Assembly: GCA_963749495.1 (NCBI GenBank)
Contig: CAVVMW010000006.1
Span: 256,001 to 320,000, forward strand
Reading direction: 5' to 3'
Source: an uncultured bacterium
GTDB lineage: Bacteria; Verrucomicrobiota; Verrucomicrobiia; Limisphaerales; UBA8199
Length of the DNA stretch: 64,000 nt
In this document: in pieces, positions 62,605 through 64,000 of the stretch
Numbering within the stretch: position 1 is the first letter of the stretch
Layout of the letters: each line of letters begins with the position of its first letter
Program-made: the position numbers and the translations under genes
The notes under the pieces: generated by a model
What the model was told of the DNA's origin: nothing
Seen by the model: the letters and a program-made list of their open reading frames with translations, nothing else
Databases searched by the model: none

Positions 62605-63522
62605 ATGTTCGACATACTGCGCAAGAGTTTGAGCACCGGTTTGGTCACGACCCGCTACCCGGCCATTCCGGCCGAGGTCTCGGGCGCTGCCCGCGGCCGG
62701 CCGGAGATTGATTGGCCCAATTGGAAAGACGCACGCGCCGCCGCCGCAAGCTGCCCCACCGGCGCCCTGGCGTGCCTGGAGGGCGCTGCCCGGCGGACCG
62801 TGAAACTGGACCTGGCCCGGTGCATCTTCTGCGGCCTGTGCGCCGAGGCCGACGCCGCCATCCGGATGACGCCCGCCTGCGAGTTGGCCGCCCGCCGACG
62901 CGCTGACTTGGTCACCACTGCAACCTACGGCCTGGCCCGCGACGGCCTGCAAGCCGGGTTGGTTTGCCTGGAGCCGGCCTCGGGCGGTCCTCAGGGGCGC
63001 ACCGCCCCTGCGGCGCGCGCCGGAGACCAGGCCGCCGCCTCCTGCCCGCCGGCCGAGCCGGCGCGGCCCGGCGCAGAATCCTTGGAGGCCTTGGGCGCCG
63101 AGCTCAAGACGCGAATCCAGAGCGTGCTGGGGCGCTCCCTGCACATCCGCGAGGTGGACGCCGCCTCGTGCAACGGCTGCGAGGTCGAGATCGCCGGCCT
63201 CAACAGCCCCGTCTATGACATCGAACGGCTGGGCATCCATTTCGTGGCCTCGCCGCGCCACGCGGACATGCTCCTGGTCACGGGCCCGGTCTCGCGGAAC
63301 ATGGAACTGGCCTTGCGCAAGACCTACGACGCGACGCCCGAACCGCGCCTGGTCGTGGCGGTGGGCGCCTGCGGCTGCAGCGGCGGCATCTTCGGCCAGA
63401 ACTATGCCTGCATCGGCGGCGTGGACAAAGTCATCCCCGTGGACGTTTATATCCCCGGCTGCCCCCCCAATCCCCACGCACTCCTCCACGGCATCCTGAC
63501 CGCCATCGGACGATTGGCGTAG
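62605..63522 (+). CDS. Fusion of a NuoI/HycF-like ferredoxin domain with a NuoB/HycG-like small subunit (EhrS)
   Basis: CPTGAL, CIFCGLC; SCNGCEVE, SPRHAD.L.VTGP, GACG, PGCPP. Confidence 0.88.
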   Translation: MFDILRKSLSTGLVTTRYPAIPAEVSGAARGRPEIDWPNWKDARAAAASCPTGALACLEGAARRTVKLDLARCIFCGLCAEADAAIRMTPACELAARRRADLVTTATYGLARDGLQAGLVCLEPASGGPQGRTAPAARAGDQAAASCPPAEPARPGAESLEALGAELKTRIQSVLGRSLHIREVDAASCNGCEVEIAGLNSPVYDIERLGIHFVASPRHADMLLVTGPVSRNMELALRKTYDATPEPRLVVAVGACGCSGGIFGQNYACIGGVDKVIPVDVYIPGCPPNPHALLHGILTAIGRLA

Positions 63523-63540
63523 TGGGCCGTTTCATAAATA

Positions 63541-63681
63541 GAGCCTGTCCCAAAAGGCACGCGAGTCGGGGACCTTTGTCGCATCCTTTGTCGAAACCTT
63601 TGTCGGATTGGCCATTTCTCGACAAAGTTTTCGACAAAGGATGCGACAAAGGTCCGGAATCAGAGCTTTTGGGACGCGCTC
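63541..63681. mobile_element. 141-bp MITE-like element
   Basis: TIRs GAGCCTGTCCCAAAAG / CTTTTGGGACGCGCTC (14/16) enclosing inverted CGACAAAG 12-mer arrays. Confidence 0.6.
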
Positions 63682-63890
63682 CAAATGCGCCGGTTCTGGA
63701 CTGGCGCAGTCCAAAACCTCGCGGGCTTCGACAGATCTTGCTGGCTGACCGCCGCAAGAATCCCTGAAACAAACCCCCCATCCCGGGGGTTGTGCAAGTA
63801 GATGAATATGAAGCCATCGAGTCATGCAAGTCCTTTGCTTTCAGTTGTGTTTCAGGCATAGGATCGGCCCCGAACCCTCGCGGGCAGCCA

Positions 63891-64000
63891 ATGACCGATG
63901 CACAACCATTCGAGATGTTCGTGCGCAACTACCAGGACATGGTGTTTAGTACCGCGATGCGTTTGCTGGCCAACGAGGCTGAGGCCCAGGACATCGCCCA
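63891..64000 (+). CDS. ECF-type RNA polymerase sigma factor, 3'-truncated by window edge
   Basis: MTDAQPFEMFVRNYQDMVFSTAMRLLANEAEAQDIA, matching region 2 of ECF sigmas. Confidence 0.75.
   Translation, partial: MTDAQPFEMFVRNYQDMVFSTAMRLLANEAEAQDIA

Noticed and set aside
55237..63522. Functional NiFe hydrogenase-4 / formate hydrogenlyase
   Set aside because: The large subunit lacks both Ni-binding CxxC motifs and no maturation or fdh genes are adjacent

Overview
High-GC bacterial chromosomal window. Gene content and repeat style suggest a Verrucomicrobiota (Pedosphaera/Limisphaera-like) genome; this is inference. It contains the 3' part of a MoxR-type DUF58/BatA/vWA operon, lysS, a DUF2961 glycosidase-like gene, tilS-ftsH-rpe, and a large secreted LamG/Ig protein. 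An HNH two-gene module follows, then an unannotated 4Fe-4S gene remnant and an M16 peptidase. An ABC cluster carries five tandem paralogous permeases and an IS4 element that has a divergent passenger gene and is inserted in a REP-like palindrome. Next come ggt, a MacAB-type exporter and an EamA transporter. The last block is a sensorless histidine kinase plus sigma54 activator, two architecturally matched sigma54 promoters, and a Zn-ribbon/PTS-EIIA/Ehr (Ni-less hydrogenase-4-like) operon. Most intergenic spaces are filled with heptamer/nonamer tandem repeats and at least 7 families of REP/MITE-like palindromes. The heptamer arrays show a strand polarity relative to genes, and one palindromic element is inserted in frame inside tilS. 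About 16 single-base frameshifts, including in lysS and ftsH, look like sequencing errors and mostly sit next to CGAG/CTCG. No rRNA, tRNA or CRISPR array was seen.
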